Assembly: GCA_963764725.1 (NCBI GenBank)
Contig: CAVXTM010000015.1
Span: 128,001-192,000, forward strand
Length of the DNA: 64,000 nucleotides
Reading direction: 5' to 3'
Source: an uncultured Gammaproteobacteria bacterium
Lineage (GTDB): Bacteria > Pseudomonadota > Gammaproteobacteria > JACCXJ01
The translations under genes were made by a program, and so were the position numbers. The notes beneath the pieces are model-generated. The model worked only from the letters and a program-made list of their open reading frames with translations, did no database searches and was not told the DNA's origin. Shown here in pieces: positions 1-10,092 of the stretch; the first letter of the stretch is position 1, and each line of letters begins with the position of its first letter.

Positions 1-227
1 ACACGAACCGCATTCGCTTCGTCGCGTACCAGAAAGAAGGGCGCGCGGTCTACTTTATATTCGCGGGCAAGCGCCATGCCCTCGCTCGCAGCATCGCGCT
101 CGTCGGCTGTTACGATGTTGTCGATACGCTCGAGCAAATTTGCTCCCTTCAGTCGCTCGTGCACCTCTTTGCACTTGCGGCACGGGAGACCATCGGCCAT
201 GATTTTTTTTACGAACGTTATATGCAC
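1..227 (-). CDS. Small CxxC (thioredoxin/glutaredoxin-like) protein, runs off the window edge
   Basis: Manual translation from GTG at 227: MHITFVKKIMADGLPCRKCKEVHERL...VDRAPFFLV; starts 3 nt after the cysH stop; not in the ORF track. Confidence 0.65.
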   Translation of the reverse strand, partial: MHITFVKKIMADGLPCRKCKEVHERLKGANLLERIDNIVTADERDAASEGMALAREYKVDRAPFFLVRDEANAVR

Positions 228-230
228 GGT

Positions 231-965
231 TTAACCGCGAGCCACGGCAGCTAGGTTTCCCGTATGCAGCCCGCATTCCTTTTGGGTGCCTTCTTCCCAC
301 CACCACCGCCCTTCTCGCTCGTGGTGATTCGGTAGCACAGGCCTTGTGCACGGTTCACACCCGATACTGATAAATCCCCGTTCATGCAATTCGTTATAGG
401 GTACATCGTGTGTCTGGATGTAACGCCACACCTCCGCCGAGCTCCAATTGGAGAGCGGGTTAAACTTGATTAGCGAGCGTTCTTTGGTTGAAAACGCGGC
501 GTCTTTCTCGATGACTGCAAGCTCGATCCGAGTCCCCGGGCTTTGATCTTTGCGCTGGCCCGTGATCCAAGCATCTAGCGATTGAAGTTTCCGGCGTAAA
601 GGTCCTACCTTGCGGATAGCACAACATTCCTTATGGCCGTCTTTATAAAAACTGAATAATCCCTTTTCGCGCACCAAACGCTCTACCGCGAGCGGATCAG
701 GGAACAACACCTCGATCTGGAGCTGGTATCGATTCCTTACGCGCTCCAAGAACCGATAGGTTTCAGCGTGCAGGCGCCCGGTGTCCAGAGAAAAAATACG
801 GATGTCGTTTCTTATTTTCGTCGCCATATCGACCAGCACTACGTCTTCCGCACCGCTGAAGGAGATCGCGATGTGCTCATATGCCGTTAGCGCATACGCC
901 AGAATCTCTTGGGGAGATTTATGATGGTATTCAACGGCTAAGTTCTCAATGTTTTTGTTGATCAT
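231..965 (-). CDS. cysH: APS/PAPS reductase (Fe-S APS-reductase type)
   Basis: [29 protein letters not shown] and ECGLH motifs. Confidence 0.95.
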   Translation of the reverse strand: MINKNIENLAVEYHHKSPQEILAYALTAYEHIAISFSGAEDVVLVDMATKIRNDIRIFSLDTGRLHAETYRFLERVRNRYQLQIEVLFPDPLAVERLVREKGLFSFYKDGHKECCAIRKVGPLRRKLQSLDAWITGQRKDQSPGTRIELAVIEKDAAFSTKERSLIKFNPLSNWSSAEVWRYIQTHDVPYNELHERGFISIGCEPCTRPVLPNHHEREGRWWWEEGTQKECGLHTGNLAAVARG

Positions 966-1164
966 TTAGACTATCCCTCATGCTTGCATCACTACGCCCG
1001 CCGCATTTTTATTAATATAACAGCCCAAACGCTTTGCAGTGAAATGGCGTATAGGCATATCGACATGTTTTATTTTACGATCTTTTGTACGGCCGTGGCA
1101 TTGACTAGCGCTGTAATCCTACGGGTCACTGTTGGCCGAGCCAGCGAGACAGTCGCGCGTTGAT

Positions 1165-1854
1165 TCAGCGATAACGCGTTGGATCCGCCGCGCCGGCGGA
1201 TCCGAAACCGGCGCGACGAAAGCGACAGGCGTCACATACCCCGCATGCGCGTCCCTCGTCGTCGGCCTGATAACAAGAGACCGTGATGCTGTAATCGACG
1301 CCCAGGCGTAGGCCTTGCTCGATGATCTGGGCCTTGCTTAACTCGATAAGCGGGGCATGTATTATAAAGCGCTTTCCCTCCACGCTTGCCTTGGTGGCCC
1401 GTTGGGCCATCGCCTCGAAGGCCGCTATGAATTCCGGCCGGCAGTCGGGATACCCGGAATAATCGATCGCGTTAACCCCGATAAAAATATCCCACGCTTC
1501 GAGCACCTCGGCCCACGCCAAGGCCAGGCCGAGTAACAGCGTATTGCGTGCGGGAACGTACGTGACCGGGATCCCTTCGGTTGGTGTTTCCGGCACGGCG
1601 ATGGTTGGGTTCGTCAATGCGGATCCCCCGATCGCCGAGAGGTCCAAGCGCATAATCTTGTAGCCTTGGGCGCCGAGCGCGATAGCGATTTGATGCGCTG
1701 CCGCGATCTCGGAACGGTGGCGTTGCCCGTAGTCAACGCATAATCCGTAGCACGCATACCCTCGTTCGCGGGCGATGGCCAAGGCCGTGCTGGAATCGAT
1801 CCCTCCCGAGATCAATACGACGGCACGCCGTGGACTAGCGTCCAGGGAGATCAC
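1165..1854 (-). CDS. queC: 7-cyano-7-deazaguanine synthase
   Basis: SGGIDS, YGQRH, YVPARN, YPDCR and CGVCDAC motifs. Confidence 0.96.
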   Translation of the reverse strand: MISLDASPRRAVVLISGGIDSSTALAIARERGYACYGLCVDYGQRHRSEIAAAHQIAIALGAQGYKIMRLDLSAIGGSALTNPTIAVPETPTEGIPVTYVPARNTLLLGLALAWAEVLEAWDIFIGVNAIDYSGYPDCRPEFIAAFEAMAQRATKASVEGKRFIIHAPLIELSKAQIIEQGLRLGVDYSITVSCYQADDEGRACGVCDACRFRRAGFGSAGAADPTRYR

Positions 1855-2500
1855 CCCAGATCACCTTATGAAGTTGAATCTGAAAGCGCACCGGAAGCCG
1901 GTCTTCCAGGATCCACTCAGCCATCTCTGCTGGGTTGATCTCCCCGCTGCTCGGCGAAAACAGGATCTCGCACGGAAAGCTAAAGCGCTGCATGAGCTCC
2001 TTGGCCCAGTCGTAGTCGTTGCGGTCGCGAATCACGAACTTCACCTCATCGGTCGCCGCAAGATATTGAATATTTCGATAGTCGTTTTTTCCGGCTTCTC
2101 CCGATCCCGGCGTTTTCAAGTCCATGATCTTCATGACTCGCTCATCGACGGACCGAATGTCGAGGGCGCCGCTCGTCTCGAGCGAGACGCGGTAACCCAG
2201 ATCACACAACTGCTGCAGTAGGGCCGGACATGCGGGCTGAGCGAGCGGTTCGCCACCGGTCACGGTGACATAACGAGCATGATACTCGGTGATCCGTTCT
2301 AAGATGGTATTGAACGGCAGGCGCGTACCGCCGTGAAACGCGTAAGCCGTATCACAATAGTGGCAGCGTAAGGGACAGCCCGTGAGGCGCACGAATACTG
2401 TCGGTAGACCCACGCGGCTCGACTCGCCTTGTAGCGACAAAAAGATTTCGGTGACGCGTAGACTCTCCTCGGGGGACGATTTGTGAACGGTAGCGGGCAT
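1835..2500 (-). CDS. queE: 7-carboxy-7-deazaguanine synthase (radical SAM)
   Basis: [25 protein letters not shown]; adjacent to queC. Confidence 0.95.
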   Translation of the reverse strand: MPATVHKSSPEESLRVTEIFLSLQGESSRVGLPTVFVRLTGCPLRCHYCDTAYAFHGGTRLPFNTILERITEYHARYVTVTGGEPLAQPACPALLQQLCDLGYRVSLETSGALDIRSVDERVMKIMDLKTPGSGEAGKNDYRNIQYLAATDEVKFVIRDRNDYDWAKELMQRFSFPCEILFSPSSGEINPAEMAEWILEDRLPVRFQIQLHKVIWGDLPGR

Positions 2501-2533
2501 GAGCGTCGTGGAGTAGAAATGTGCGTGCGCGGG

Positions 2534-3469
2534 TCATGGTTGCTCAAGGCGAATGCGCTGTAAACGCTCGTCCGCGAGCCGTGCAGCGGTGGTGCCCGGA
2601 TAACGAACCCGGAGACTCTCGAGACTGGTTTTGGCGTGGTCGAGCTGGCCTAGTTCGTGGTGGCTGTAACCGATCTTGAGGAGGGCATGGGTTAACTTCT
2701 GACTCTCCGGGTAGTGCTCAACGAGCTTCGTATATTCAGAGATGGCCGGCTGATACTGGTGAGTCACGTAGTAGGCTTCCGCGAGCCAGTATTGCGCATT
2801 ATCGGCGTGCGCGCTTTTGGGATACTGCCCAAGAAAACGATTGAAAGCAGAGATGGAGTCGTTGTAGTTCCCTACCTTAAGCAGGTCGAAGGCGCGCCGG
2901 TAGTCGTTTTCCTCGTGGCTCGCACGCGCAGCGGCGACCGTTGTGCCCGTGTCTGGCGCCGCTTGTGCGGGTCCTGAAGACGGGGCCTCGCCGATGTCAT
3001 GGGCCGGCGTGTCGGCCGGGGTCTCGAGCGCGCGGTTCGAATCGTCCATAAGCTGGGAAGCCGCTGGCGCGACCGTTCGCGGGGAACTCATTACCTCGGA
3101 GCTTGTGGATTCATTGCGAGCGTTGCCGGCATCACTCGCGCCGCCGGCGCCGGTTTCAAGCAGTTGCAGCCGGCGGTCGAGATCGGAATACAGTCGTTCA
3201 TCGCGCTCTTCGGATTTTTCGAGCCGATGCGCCTGAACTTCCATCTCCCCGCGCAGCCGTTTCACCTCTTGGTGCAAGCGCTCGACCTGGTTCAGAACAT
3301 CCAGCATACCGCGGTTCGTGAGCAGCCGTTCGAGGCGTTCGAGCCGGGCCTCAACATCCGCTGGATTGCCTTCGACGACCGGAGCATCATATTGCGCCAT
3401 AACGCAAAGAGGAGCGTAGGCCGTTAAAAACAACGCGCCGCGCCATGAGCGGACTGCTCTGCCGGACAT
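2534..3469 (-). CDS. cpoB: Tol-Pal system protein CpoB/YbgF
   Basis: Signal peptide, coiled coil, C-terminal TPRs (NAQYWLAE); follows pal. Confidence 0.92.
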   Translation of the reverse strand: MSGRAVRSWRGALFLTAYAPLCVMAQYDAPVVEGNPADVEARLERLERLLTNRGMLDVLNQVERLHQEVKRLRGEMEVQAHRLEKSEERDERLYSDLDRRLQLLETGAGGASDAGNARNESTSSEVMSSPRTVAPAASQLMDDSNRALETPADTPAHDIGEAPSSGPAQAAPDTGTTVAAARASHEENDYRRAFDLLKVGNYNDSISAFNRFLGQYPKSAHADNAQYWLAEAYYVTHQYQPAISEYTKLVEHYPESQKLTHALLKIGYSHHELGQLDHAKTSLESLRVRYPGTTAARLADERLQRIRLEQP

Positions 3470-3474
3470 GGTTT

Positions 3475-4023
3475 CTAATAGCTGATCACTACGCGTCGAT
3501 TGAGGGAATAGGCGCTTTCGTCATGTCCGGGGGAGTCCGGATGTTCCTCGCCGTAGCTTACGGTGCGGATCTGGGCGGTGGAACCGCCAAGCAAGGTGAT
3601 CTGTTTGCGCACCGCGAGCGCACGGCGTTCCCCGAGAGCTAGATTATATTCCCGCGAGCCGCGTTCATCGGCGTGCCCTTCGAGCGTGATAACCGTGTCG
3701 GGGTGGCTCGTGATGTACGCGGCGTGGGCCTCGATCGCTGATTGAAATTCCGGCCGGATCTCATCGCTGTCGTATTCAAAATAGATCACACGCGCCCCAT
3801 CTCCACCGCGTCCCCCGTCGCTCACATCAGCATTCGGGTAACCTATACCCTTATTTGCGCCTTTGGCTTGCGCGTCCATGGCCTCCATCTCGGCCGGAGA
3901 AATCCCCTGGTCTTCCACCGTGGCCGCACTGTCTTCTTTGCTTTGCTCATCCACGGTTTGACATCCGGCCACTGCGAGAGCGGACAGGGCGAGAATAAGC
4001 ATTCGCATGTTCATGGTCTGCAT
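3475..4023 (-). CDS. pal: Peptidoglycan-associated lipoprotein
   Basis: Lipobox VAGC; OmpA-like domain EGHADERGSREYNLALGERRA. Confidence 0.96.
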   Translation of the reverse strand: MQTMNMRMLILALSALAVAGCQTVDEQSKEDSAATVEDQGISPAEMEAMDAQAKGANKGIGYPNADVSDGGRGGDGARVIYFEYDSDEIRPEFQSAIEAHAAYITSHPDTVITLEGHADERGSREYNLALGERRALAVRKQITLLGGSTAQIRTVSYGEEHPDSPGHDESAYSLNRRVVISY

Positions 4024-4052
4024 CGTTTTATCTCCTCTTTGCTAGCGTGATC

Positions 4053-5351
4053 CTAATATCTGAACGGGCCCCACGCCGGTTCGCGGACCTCCCCGCGCAA
4101 CAATGCCAGGCGTTGCTTCACTCGGCCATCGATCGAGGTGGCCGCCAGCTCGGTGCCCTGTGGCCCGACCGTCGTATAGATGATCATGCTGTCGTTTGGG
4201 GCGAAACTCGGAGACTCATCCAAGCGGGTATCGGTCAATATCGCCAGGCGTTCGGTTTCCATGTTGTAGGTGGCGATTCGGTAATTGCCGCCGTCGCCGT
4301 GAACGATCGCCAATAATTTCCCGTCCGACGAATAGCGGGGGCGAGCGTTATAGTCCCCTTCGTGTGTTAAACGCCGCGGGTGTCCACCCGAGACCGAGAC
4401 TTCATAAATCTGTGGCCCCCCGCCCCGGTCGGAAGTAAACGTCAAACGGGTCCCATCCGGTGACCAGGAGGGTTCGGTATCGATGGCCGGGTCGTGCGTA
4501 ATCCGCCGCAGTTGTCGGTTCGAGAGGGTTAGCACATAAATCTCGGGATCCCCATCGCGCGACAAGGTCAACGCCAACCTGCCCCCGTCCGGTGACCACG
4601 CCGGGGCACTGTTGATCCCCGTTTCCGCGGCTACCTTGTCGCGGTGACCGCTCCCGAGATCTTGAACGTAGATGGCGGAACTACGGCCTTCGAACGAAAC
4701 ATAGGCAAGACGCCGCCCGTCCGGTGACCACGCCGGCGACATCAGCGGCTGGGGTGAGGTCAATAGGGTCTGTACATTCTCCCCATCGATATCGGCTACT
4801 TGCAGCCCGTAGATCTTGTTCCGTCCGCTGCGCTGCTGGACCGTGACATAAGCGATGCGGGTGGCGAACGCTCCCTTGACGCCGGTCAGCTTCTCGTAGA
4901 TCACGTCGCTGATCTGATGGGCTACCAATCGCAACTGGGCCGCTTTTGCAGGCACCTTATACGCTAGAAGTTGTGTGCCTTTATACACATCGACCAGCCA
5001 AAACTCGACCTGGTAGTCCGTCTCGATACCGGGCCGGAGGGTCCCAACCACCAAATTGTCCATCCCGACCCGGCGCCAATCGGCAAAATTGATTTCGGAA
5101 AAACCGTGGGGTTGTGATGGCATATCAGCGCGCGGCATCGGGACGAAGCCGCCGCTGCTTTCTAAATCCGCGGCAACGATCGCGGCGATATCCACGGCCG
5201 GCCGTTGTGATCCGGGCGGATCGAACGGGGCGATTGCGATCGGGAGCGCGCCCGCGACGCCCTGGGTGATTTTTATTTTTAATACCGCCTGCGCGCTTGC
5301 ATACCAGGCCAGTAACGCGAAGCACACAGCAGCTCTATACAAACACTTCAA
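4053..5351 (-). CDS. tolB: Tol-Pal beta-propeller protein
   Basis: Repeated P(A/S)WSPDG motifs; operon context. Confidence 0.96.
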   Translation of the reverse strand: MKCLYRAAVCFALLAWYASAQAVLKIKITQGVAGALPIAIAPFDPPGSQRPAVDIAAIVAADLESSGGFVPMPRADMPSQPHGFSEINFADWRRVGMDNLVVGTLRPGIETDYQVEFWLVDVYKGTQLLAYKVPAKAAQLRLVAHQISDVIYEKLTGVKGAFATRIAYVTVQQRSGRNKIYGLQVADIDGENVQTLLTSPQPLMSPAWSPDGRRLAYVSFEGRSSAIYVQDLGSGHRDKVAAETGINSAPAWSPDGGRLALTLSRDGDPEIYVLTLSNRQLRRITHDPAIDTEPSWSPDGTRLTFTSDRGGGPQIYEVSVSGGHPRRLTHEGDYNARPRYSSDGKLLAIVHGDGGNYRIATYNMETERLAILTDTRLDESPSFAPNDSMIIYTTVGPQGTELAATSIDGRVKQRLALLRGEVREPAWGPFRY

Positions 5352-5353
5352 GC

Positions 5354-6244
5354 CTACACCTCCGGTTCAAAGACGAATTGGATCTCGCGCAGTTGCTGGA
5401 ACAAGCGCGGATCGTCGGGTACCGGTAACGGTGACGCCTTGCGTACCGCGATCTCCGCTTGCCGGTCAAACACCGGGTTGCCGCTCGATCGTATCACCTC
5501 GGCGTCCACGACGTCGCCCCCGGGCACCATCTTGACCAACAGTTCGCAGGATAGTCCCCGCTCGGGATAATTGAAGGTGTTGCCGATCTGAGTCCGGATG
5601 AGTTTAATATATTTATCGATTTCACTTTGATCGCGCTCGCGCTCCTTGGCCTCGGCGCGGGCTTTTTCATCCGCGGCCAGGGCCGCGGCTAATTCCCGCT
5701 GGCGCCGCTCTTCTTCTTTACGCTTTTTCTCGGCCTCGACCTTCTTGCGTTGCTCCTCGGCGAGACGTTTCTTCTCCGCTTCGGCCTGCTGACGCTCTTC
5801 ACGTTTTTTCGCAAGCGCTTTTTCCTGTGCGATTCGCTTCTGCTCCTCGGCCAGCCGCTGTTTCTCCTCGCGTTTGCGTTTATCTTCAGCCTGTTTAAGC
5901 TGCTGTTCTTGCTTGCGTAAGGCCGCTTGTTCCTGCTTGAGTTCCTCTAAGCGTTTCTCCTCGGCTTGACGCTTCTGTTTCGCGACGGCCACATCGCGTT
6001 CAAGCGCCTCGCGGCGTGCCTGTTCGTCTTTACGCTTGCGCCGTTCGGCCTCCTTCAGCCGTTGCACCTCGGCTTCGACCTTGTTTTGATCGATGGCGAC
6101 TGCCTGTACGATCTGAGAGCTTGGTTTGGATGCGGGCGGAAGCTCGCCGAGGTTCAGGCTCAGCGCCAGTAATACAATCGCGACCGCATGGATCGCGACC
6201 GCATAGATAAACGATCGAAACGAGCGGAGCCGCCTTCGAACCAT
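5354..6244 (-). CDS. tolA: Cell envelope integrity protein TolA
   Basis: N-terminal TM with His, K/E/A-rich helix, C-terminal SSGNPVFD...ASPLPVP. Confidence 0.92.
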   Translation of the reverse strand: MVRRRLRSFRSFIYAVAIHAVAIVLLALSLNLGELPPASKPSSQIVQAVAIDQNKVEAEVQRLKEAERRKRKDEQARREALERDVAVAKQKRQAEEKRLEELKQEQAALRKQEQQLKQAEDKRKREEKQRLAEEQKRIAQEKALAKKREERQQAEAEKKRLAEEQRKKVEAEKKRKEEERRQRELAAALAADEKARAEAKERERDQSEIDKYIKLIRTQIGNTFNYPERGLSCELLVKMVPGGDVVDAEVIRSSGNPVFDRQAEIAVRKASPLPVPDDPRLFQQLREIQFVFEPEV

Positions 6245-6251
6245 CGTGCCG

Positions 6252-6677
6252 TCAGCGTTCCGGCGGCTGCGTCATAAGCCCAACCCCTTGCACACCGGCG
6301 CCCTGGAGCGCCGCCATCAGCTCTACCACCCGTGCGTACGCGACTGCTTGGTCGCCATTAACGAGGACCGGCACATTGGGTTTGTAACGCAGCACGGCCT
6401 GGACGCGGTTTAACAGCGTTTCTTTGCTCACGGGATCGTGCCGGTGGTCCCCGAAATCAATATAGTAATTACCTTTCCTGTCCACTGTGATGATCAGCGG
6501 TTCGGTATCGCTCGGGGGCACCGGTTCGGAGGCGGCTTGCGGCAGATCCACCTTGACCCCTTGGGTGATGAGCGGTGCGGTGATCATGAAGATGATCAGC
6601 AACACCAACATCACATCGATGTAGGGGACGACGTTGATATCCGACATCAGGCGCTTACGCTTGTGTCTCACCGCCAT
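6252..6677 (-). CDS. tolR: TolR
   Basis: INVVPYIDVMLVLLIIFMITAP. Confidence 0.95.
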   Translation of the reverse strand: MAVRHKRKRLMSDINVVPYIDVMLVLLIIFMITAPLITQGVKVDLPQAASEPVPPSDTEPLIITVDRKGNYYIDFGDHRHDPVSKETLLNRVQAVLRYKPNVPVLVNGDQAVAYARVVELMAALQGAGVQGVGLMTQPPER

Positions 6678-6707
6678 GCCCTTGAGACTCCCCCGGCCAT
6701 GTTTCGT

Positions 6708-7382
6708 TCAAGCGTGCGCTTGGCGGTGCAAAATGGAGGAAAACTCCTCCAGGAATATGTCGTAGCGGCTGAACAAGCGGTCGATATCGTTGGCGTAATG
6801 ATTGTAAGCAATGACCGCGGGAATGGCCGCGAACAAGCCCATGGCCGTGGCGATCAAGGCCTCGGAGATCCCGGGGGCCACCATGGCGAGCGTTGCTTGA
6901 TGCACGTTGGCCAGGGCTTGAAAGGAGTTCATGATGCCCCAAACGGTGCCGAAGAGGCCCACGTACGGGCTCACCGAGCCCACCGTGGCGAGCAGCGGCA
7001 AGCTCTGCTCGAGGTCTTCGATCTCCCGGTTCAAGGCCACGCGCATTGAGCGTTGCGCGCCCTCCAAGACGGCGCCTGGCTCAATGCCGTCTTGCTGGCG
7101 CAAGCGGGCGAATTCCTTGATACCGGCTTCAAAGATCCGTTCGAGCCCCGAGGGCTCGTGGCTGCGCTGCGCGATCCGGTTATAGAGCTCGGTGAGGTCA
7201 TCGGCCGACCAAAAGCGATCCTCGAATTTAGCCGCATCGCGCTGCGCTTTCCTAACCACGGCGCGTTTATTGAAGATCACCGTCCAAGACCAAAGCGAAG
7301 CGGCGATCAAAACCACCATCACGAACTTGACCAATAGGCTGGCGCCCAGGATCAAATTGGTAATCGAAAGATCAGTCGCCAT
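6708..7382 (-). CDS. tolQ: TolQ
   Basis: SPYVGLFGTVWGIM; APGISEALIATAMGLFAAIPA. Confidence 0.96.
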   Translation of the reverse strand: MATDLSITNLILGASLLVKFVMVVLIAASLWSWTVIFNKRAVVRKAQRDAAKFEDRFWSADDLTELYNRIAQRSHEPSGLERIFEAGIKEFARLRQQDGIEPGAVLEGAQRSMRVALNREIEDLEQSLPLLATVGSVSPYVGLFGTVWGIMNSFQALANVHQATLAMVAPGISEALIATAMGLFAAIPAVIAYNHYANDIDRLFSRYDIFLEEFSSILHRQAHA

Positions 7383-7430
7383 GTGTAAGCTCGGCTAACA
7401 TCGAAGGGGGTATGGGTTTGGGCAACGCGC

Positions 7431-8465
7431 TTAGCGCTCGCCGAACAGATCGGGTTGGCTCGCGAGGTGCTCGGGCGGTGCGGCTCCGAAGTGCAACCAC
7501 GCAGCGCGCGTCGCCGTCCGCCCCCTTGGGGTACGCATCATGAATCCCTGCTGGATCAAAAACGGTTCCAGCACATCCTCGATCGTCCCCCGCTCTTCCC
7601 CGATCGCGGCGGCCAGGCTGTCGACGCCGACGGGCCCGCCATCGAATTTTTCGATAATCGTCAAGAGCAGCTTGCGGTCCATGATGTCAAAGCCGTGGGT
7701 GTCTACGCTGAGCAATTCCAAAGCCCGCTTGGCAATGTCCACGTTGACCTTTCCATTGCCGCGGACCTCGGCGTAATCCCGCGCGCGGCGCAGCAGACGG
7801 TTGGCGATGCGCGGCGTGCCCCGCGCCCGCCGCGCGATCTCCCCGGCACCCTCGGCATCGACGGCGACGCCGAGGATGCGCGCCGAGCGCCGCACGATGC
7901 GGGTCAGATCCTCCGCGTCGTAGAATTCCAGCCGTTCGACAATCCCGAAGCGGTCTCGCAGCGGCGAGGTGAGCAGCCCGGCGCGGGTGGTGGCACCGAC
8001 CAGGGTAAACGGCGGCAGATCCAGTTTGATGGCGCGGGCCGCCGGACCTTCGCCGATCATGATATCGATCTGAAACTCCTCGAGCGCCGGGTACAGGATT
8101 TCCTCCACCACCGGGCTCAAGCGGTGGATCTCGTCGATGAAGAGCACGTTTCGTGGCTCGAGATTGGTCAGGATCGCGGCCAGATCGCCGGGGCGCTCCA
8201 GCACCGGACCGGAGGTCTGACGCAAAGCGACCCCCAGCTCGTTGGCGATGATATGGGCGAGCGTCGTCTTACCGAGTCCCGGCGGGCCAAAAAGCAGCAC
8301 ATGATCGAGCGGCTCGCGCCGCCGGCGCGTGGCGGTGATGAAAATTTCCAGCCGTTCGCGCACCGGCGTCTGGCCTACGTAATCCTTGAGCCGGCGGGGC
8401 CGCAATGCTTCGTCCGCGTCGCCGGCCATGGTGTCGGGAAGCGTTAATGGATTCGGATCGGTCAT
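7431..8465 (-). CDS. ruvB: Holliday junction branch migration helicase
   Basis: [33 protein letters not shown]. Confidence 0.97.
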   Translation of the reverse strand: MTDPNPLTLPDTMAGDADEALRPRRLKDYVGQTPVRERLEIFITATRRRREPLDHVLLFGPPGLGKTTLAHIIANELGVALRQTSGPVLERPGDLAAILTNLEPRNVLFIDEIHRLSPVVEEILYPALEEFQIDIMIGEGPAARAIKLDLPPFTLVGATTRAGLLTSPLRDRFGIVERLEFYDAEDLTRIVRRSARILGVAVDAEGAGEIARRARGTPRIANRLLRRARDYAEVRGNGKVNVDIAKRALELLSVDTHGFDIMDRKLLLTIIEKFDGGPVGVDSLAAAIGEERGTIEDVLEPFLIQQGFMMRTPRGRTATRAAWLHFGAAPPEHLASQPDLFGER

Positions 8466-8540
8466 CGTGTGGTGAAGGCGCGCACGGTTAGCCGTTGAGC
8501 TGGTTTTTCATGCGGGCATGCTCGGCGGGGGCTAAACCGC

Positions 8541-9131
8541 TCATGCTTGTGAGCGCAGCACCGCGCGGATGATGGCTTCGCTCGTCATCCCGGCGGTATC
8601 GATGGCTTGCACGTAGCGCCCGGCCTCGTGAGCTTTATAGCCGAGCGCCACCAGACCCTCGATCGCGTCCGCCAAGGCGTCATGGGATCCCGCGAAGGCC
8701 CCTCCCGCGGCTGCCGCGCGCGGCGTCCAATCATTGAGGCGGTCGCGCATCTCGATCACCAGCCGCTCGGCGGTCTTCTTGCCGATCCCGGGCAGGTGTG
8801 TCAGCCGCGCGATGTCTCCCGCATGGATACACTTGGCAAACTCCTCGACATCAGACCCGGAGAGAATGGCGAGCGCGGTGCGGGCACCGATCCCGCTGAC
8901 CTTGAGCAAGGCGCGGAACAGCCGCCGTTCGGACTCGGTTAAAAAGCCGAACAGGAGGTGCGCGTCCTCCCTGATGGCGAGATGCGTATATAACAGAACC
9001 TCGGCGTTGAGTTTAGGGAGGCGGTCAAATGTGCTCAGCGGCGCCTCTAGCTCGTAGCCGATGCCGTGGGCCTCGAGCAGGAGATGCGGGGGCCGCTTTT
9101 CGATCAGCAGTCCGCGGATGCGTCCGATCAT
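8541..9131 (-). CDS. ruvA: Holliday junction DNA-binding subunit
   Basis: MIGRIRG, two HhH motifs, GIGKKTAERL. Confidence 0.96.
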   Translation of the reverse strand: MIGRIRGLLIEKRPPHLLLEAHGIGYELEAPLSTFDRLPKLNAEVLLYTHLAIREDAHLLFGFLTESERRLFRALLKVSGIGARTALAILSGSDVEEFAKCIHAGDIARLTHLPGIGKKTAERLVIEMRDRLNDWTPRAAAAGGAFAGSHDALADAIEGLVALGYKAHEAGRYVQAIDTAGMTSEAIIRAVLRSQA

Positions 9132-9646
9132 AGAAATCGCCGCCGCCGGTTGCGCCGCACGCCGGGCATGCGTAGCAGGCCTTGGCGTGTGTGCCCGTGA
9201 CAGAGCGCGACCGCGAGCGCGTCCGCGGCATCGGTCTCGGGCGGCGCCTCGAGGTTCAGCAGCACCTTGATCATGTGTTGGATTTGAGCCTTTTCGGCAT
9301 TGCCCCGGCCGACGATGGCCTGTTTAATTTGCGCCGGGGTAAACTCGAATACCGGTAAATCACGCTTCGCCCCGGCCACCAACGCCGCCCCGCGAGCTTG
9401 GCCAAGCTTCAGGGCGGAGTCCGCGTTGCGGTTCATAAACACGAGTTCCACCGCCATCTCTTGCGGATTATATTCTTCTATCGCCGCCGTCACACCATCG
9501 AAGATGCGGCTAAGCCGCGGGGCTAGCGCGTCGCCCGCGGTCTTTATGCCACCGCTGGCGACATAGAGAGTGCGCGGGCCGTCCACATCAATAACGCCAT
9601 AGCCCGTGATCCGCGATCCGGGATCGATACCGAGGATACGGATCAC
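9128..9646 (-). CDS. ruvC: Crossover junction endodeoxyribonuclease
   Basis: ILGIDPGSRITGYG, KLGQARG, DAADALAVA. Confidence 0.97.
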   Translation of the reverse strand: MIRILGIDPGSRITGYGVIDVDGPRTLYVASGGIKTAGDALAPRLSRIFDGVTAAIEEYNPQEMAVELVFMNRNADSALKLGQARGAALVAGAKRDLPVFEFTPAQIKQAIVGRGNAEKAQIQHMIKVLLNLEAPPETDAADALAVALCHGHTRQGLLRMPGVRRNRRRRFL

Positions 9647-9965
9647 ACTAAAATGAGAGGTCTATCGTTCAGGGCGCTGAAAGGGCAATTAATTTGGCGA
9701 TCATTTCGCTTCGGCAAGCTTTTCAGGCTCGCGAGCCCGCGGATTTCCGGTGACTTAATCAGGCTTCTTGACTTTGGTGCGGTGGGTTTGTAATATGGGT
9801 CACGCCGCGAAGCGAGCGCCGGTGCTTCCGGGCTAGACGCCTTAGGTCGCGTCATGATACGCCCAGCACGGGGGTCGGCAAGTTGCCCACGTGCAGAGGC
9901 ATGGCGGCAAGTCGAACGACGGTAACGCAAACGTTCTGGGGCGATGGCCGGAGGAGCCATCTAGC

Positions 9966-10025
9966 ATGAGCGACATCTTTGTCTGCTATTCGAAAACCGA
10001 CCGCACCGAGTATAAATTTCGCTAG
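9966..10025 (+). pseudogene. Stub of a TIR-domain-like gene (19 codons)
   Basis: GGAGGAG RBS then MSDIFVCYSKTDR..., resembling the bacterial TIR start D(I/V)FISY(S/A)xxD; stop soon after. Confidence 0.5.
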
Positions 10026-10044
10026 GTCCGAATACAGCGGGCCA

Positions 10045-10092
10045 TGGTATTCGCTTCTATTGGGTTTGACCAGTCAGCGGAACGCGGAATGA
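10045..10092 (+). repeat. Degenerate REP-like hairpin flanking the intron 5' end
   Basis: TGGTATTCGCTTC...GAACGCGGAATGA, same layout as TGGATTCCGGC...GCCGGAATGAC at 47579. Confidence 0.35.

Noticed and set aside
5640-6070. Repetitive K/E/A/Q-rich sequence
   Set aside because: This is the normal TolA helical domain, not a DNA repeat array.
7383-7430. Absence of ybgC here (and of envC and grxC in their usual clusters)
   Set aside because: Such gene-order variation is common and no remnant is visible; not assessable from one window.
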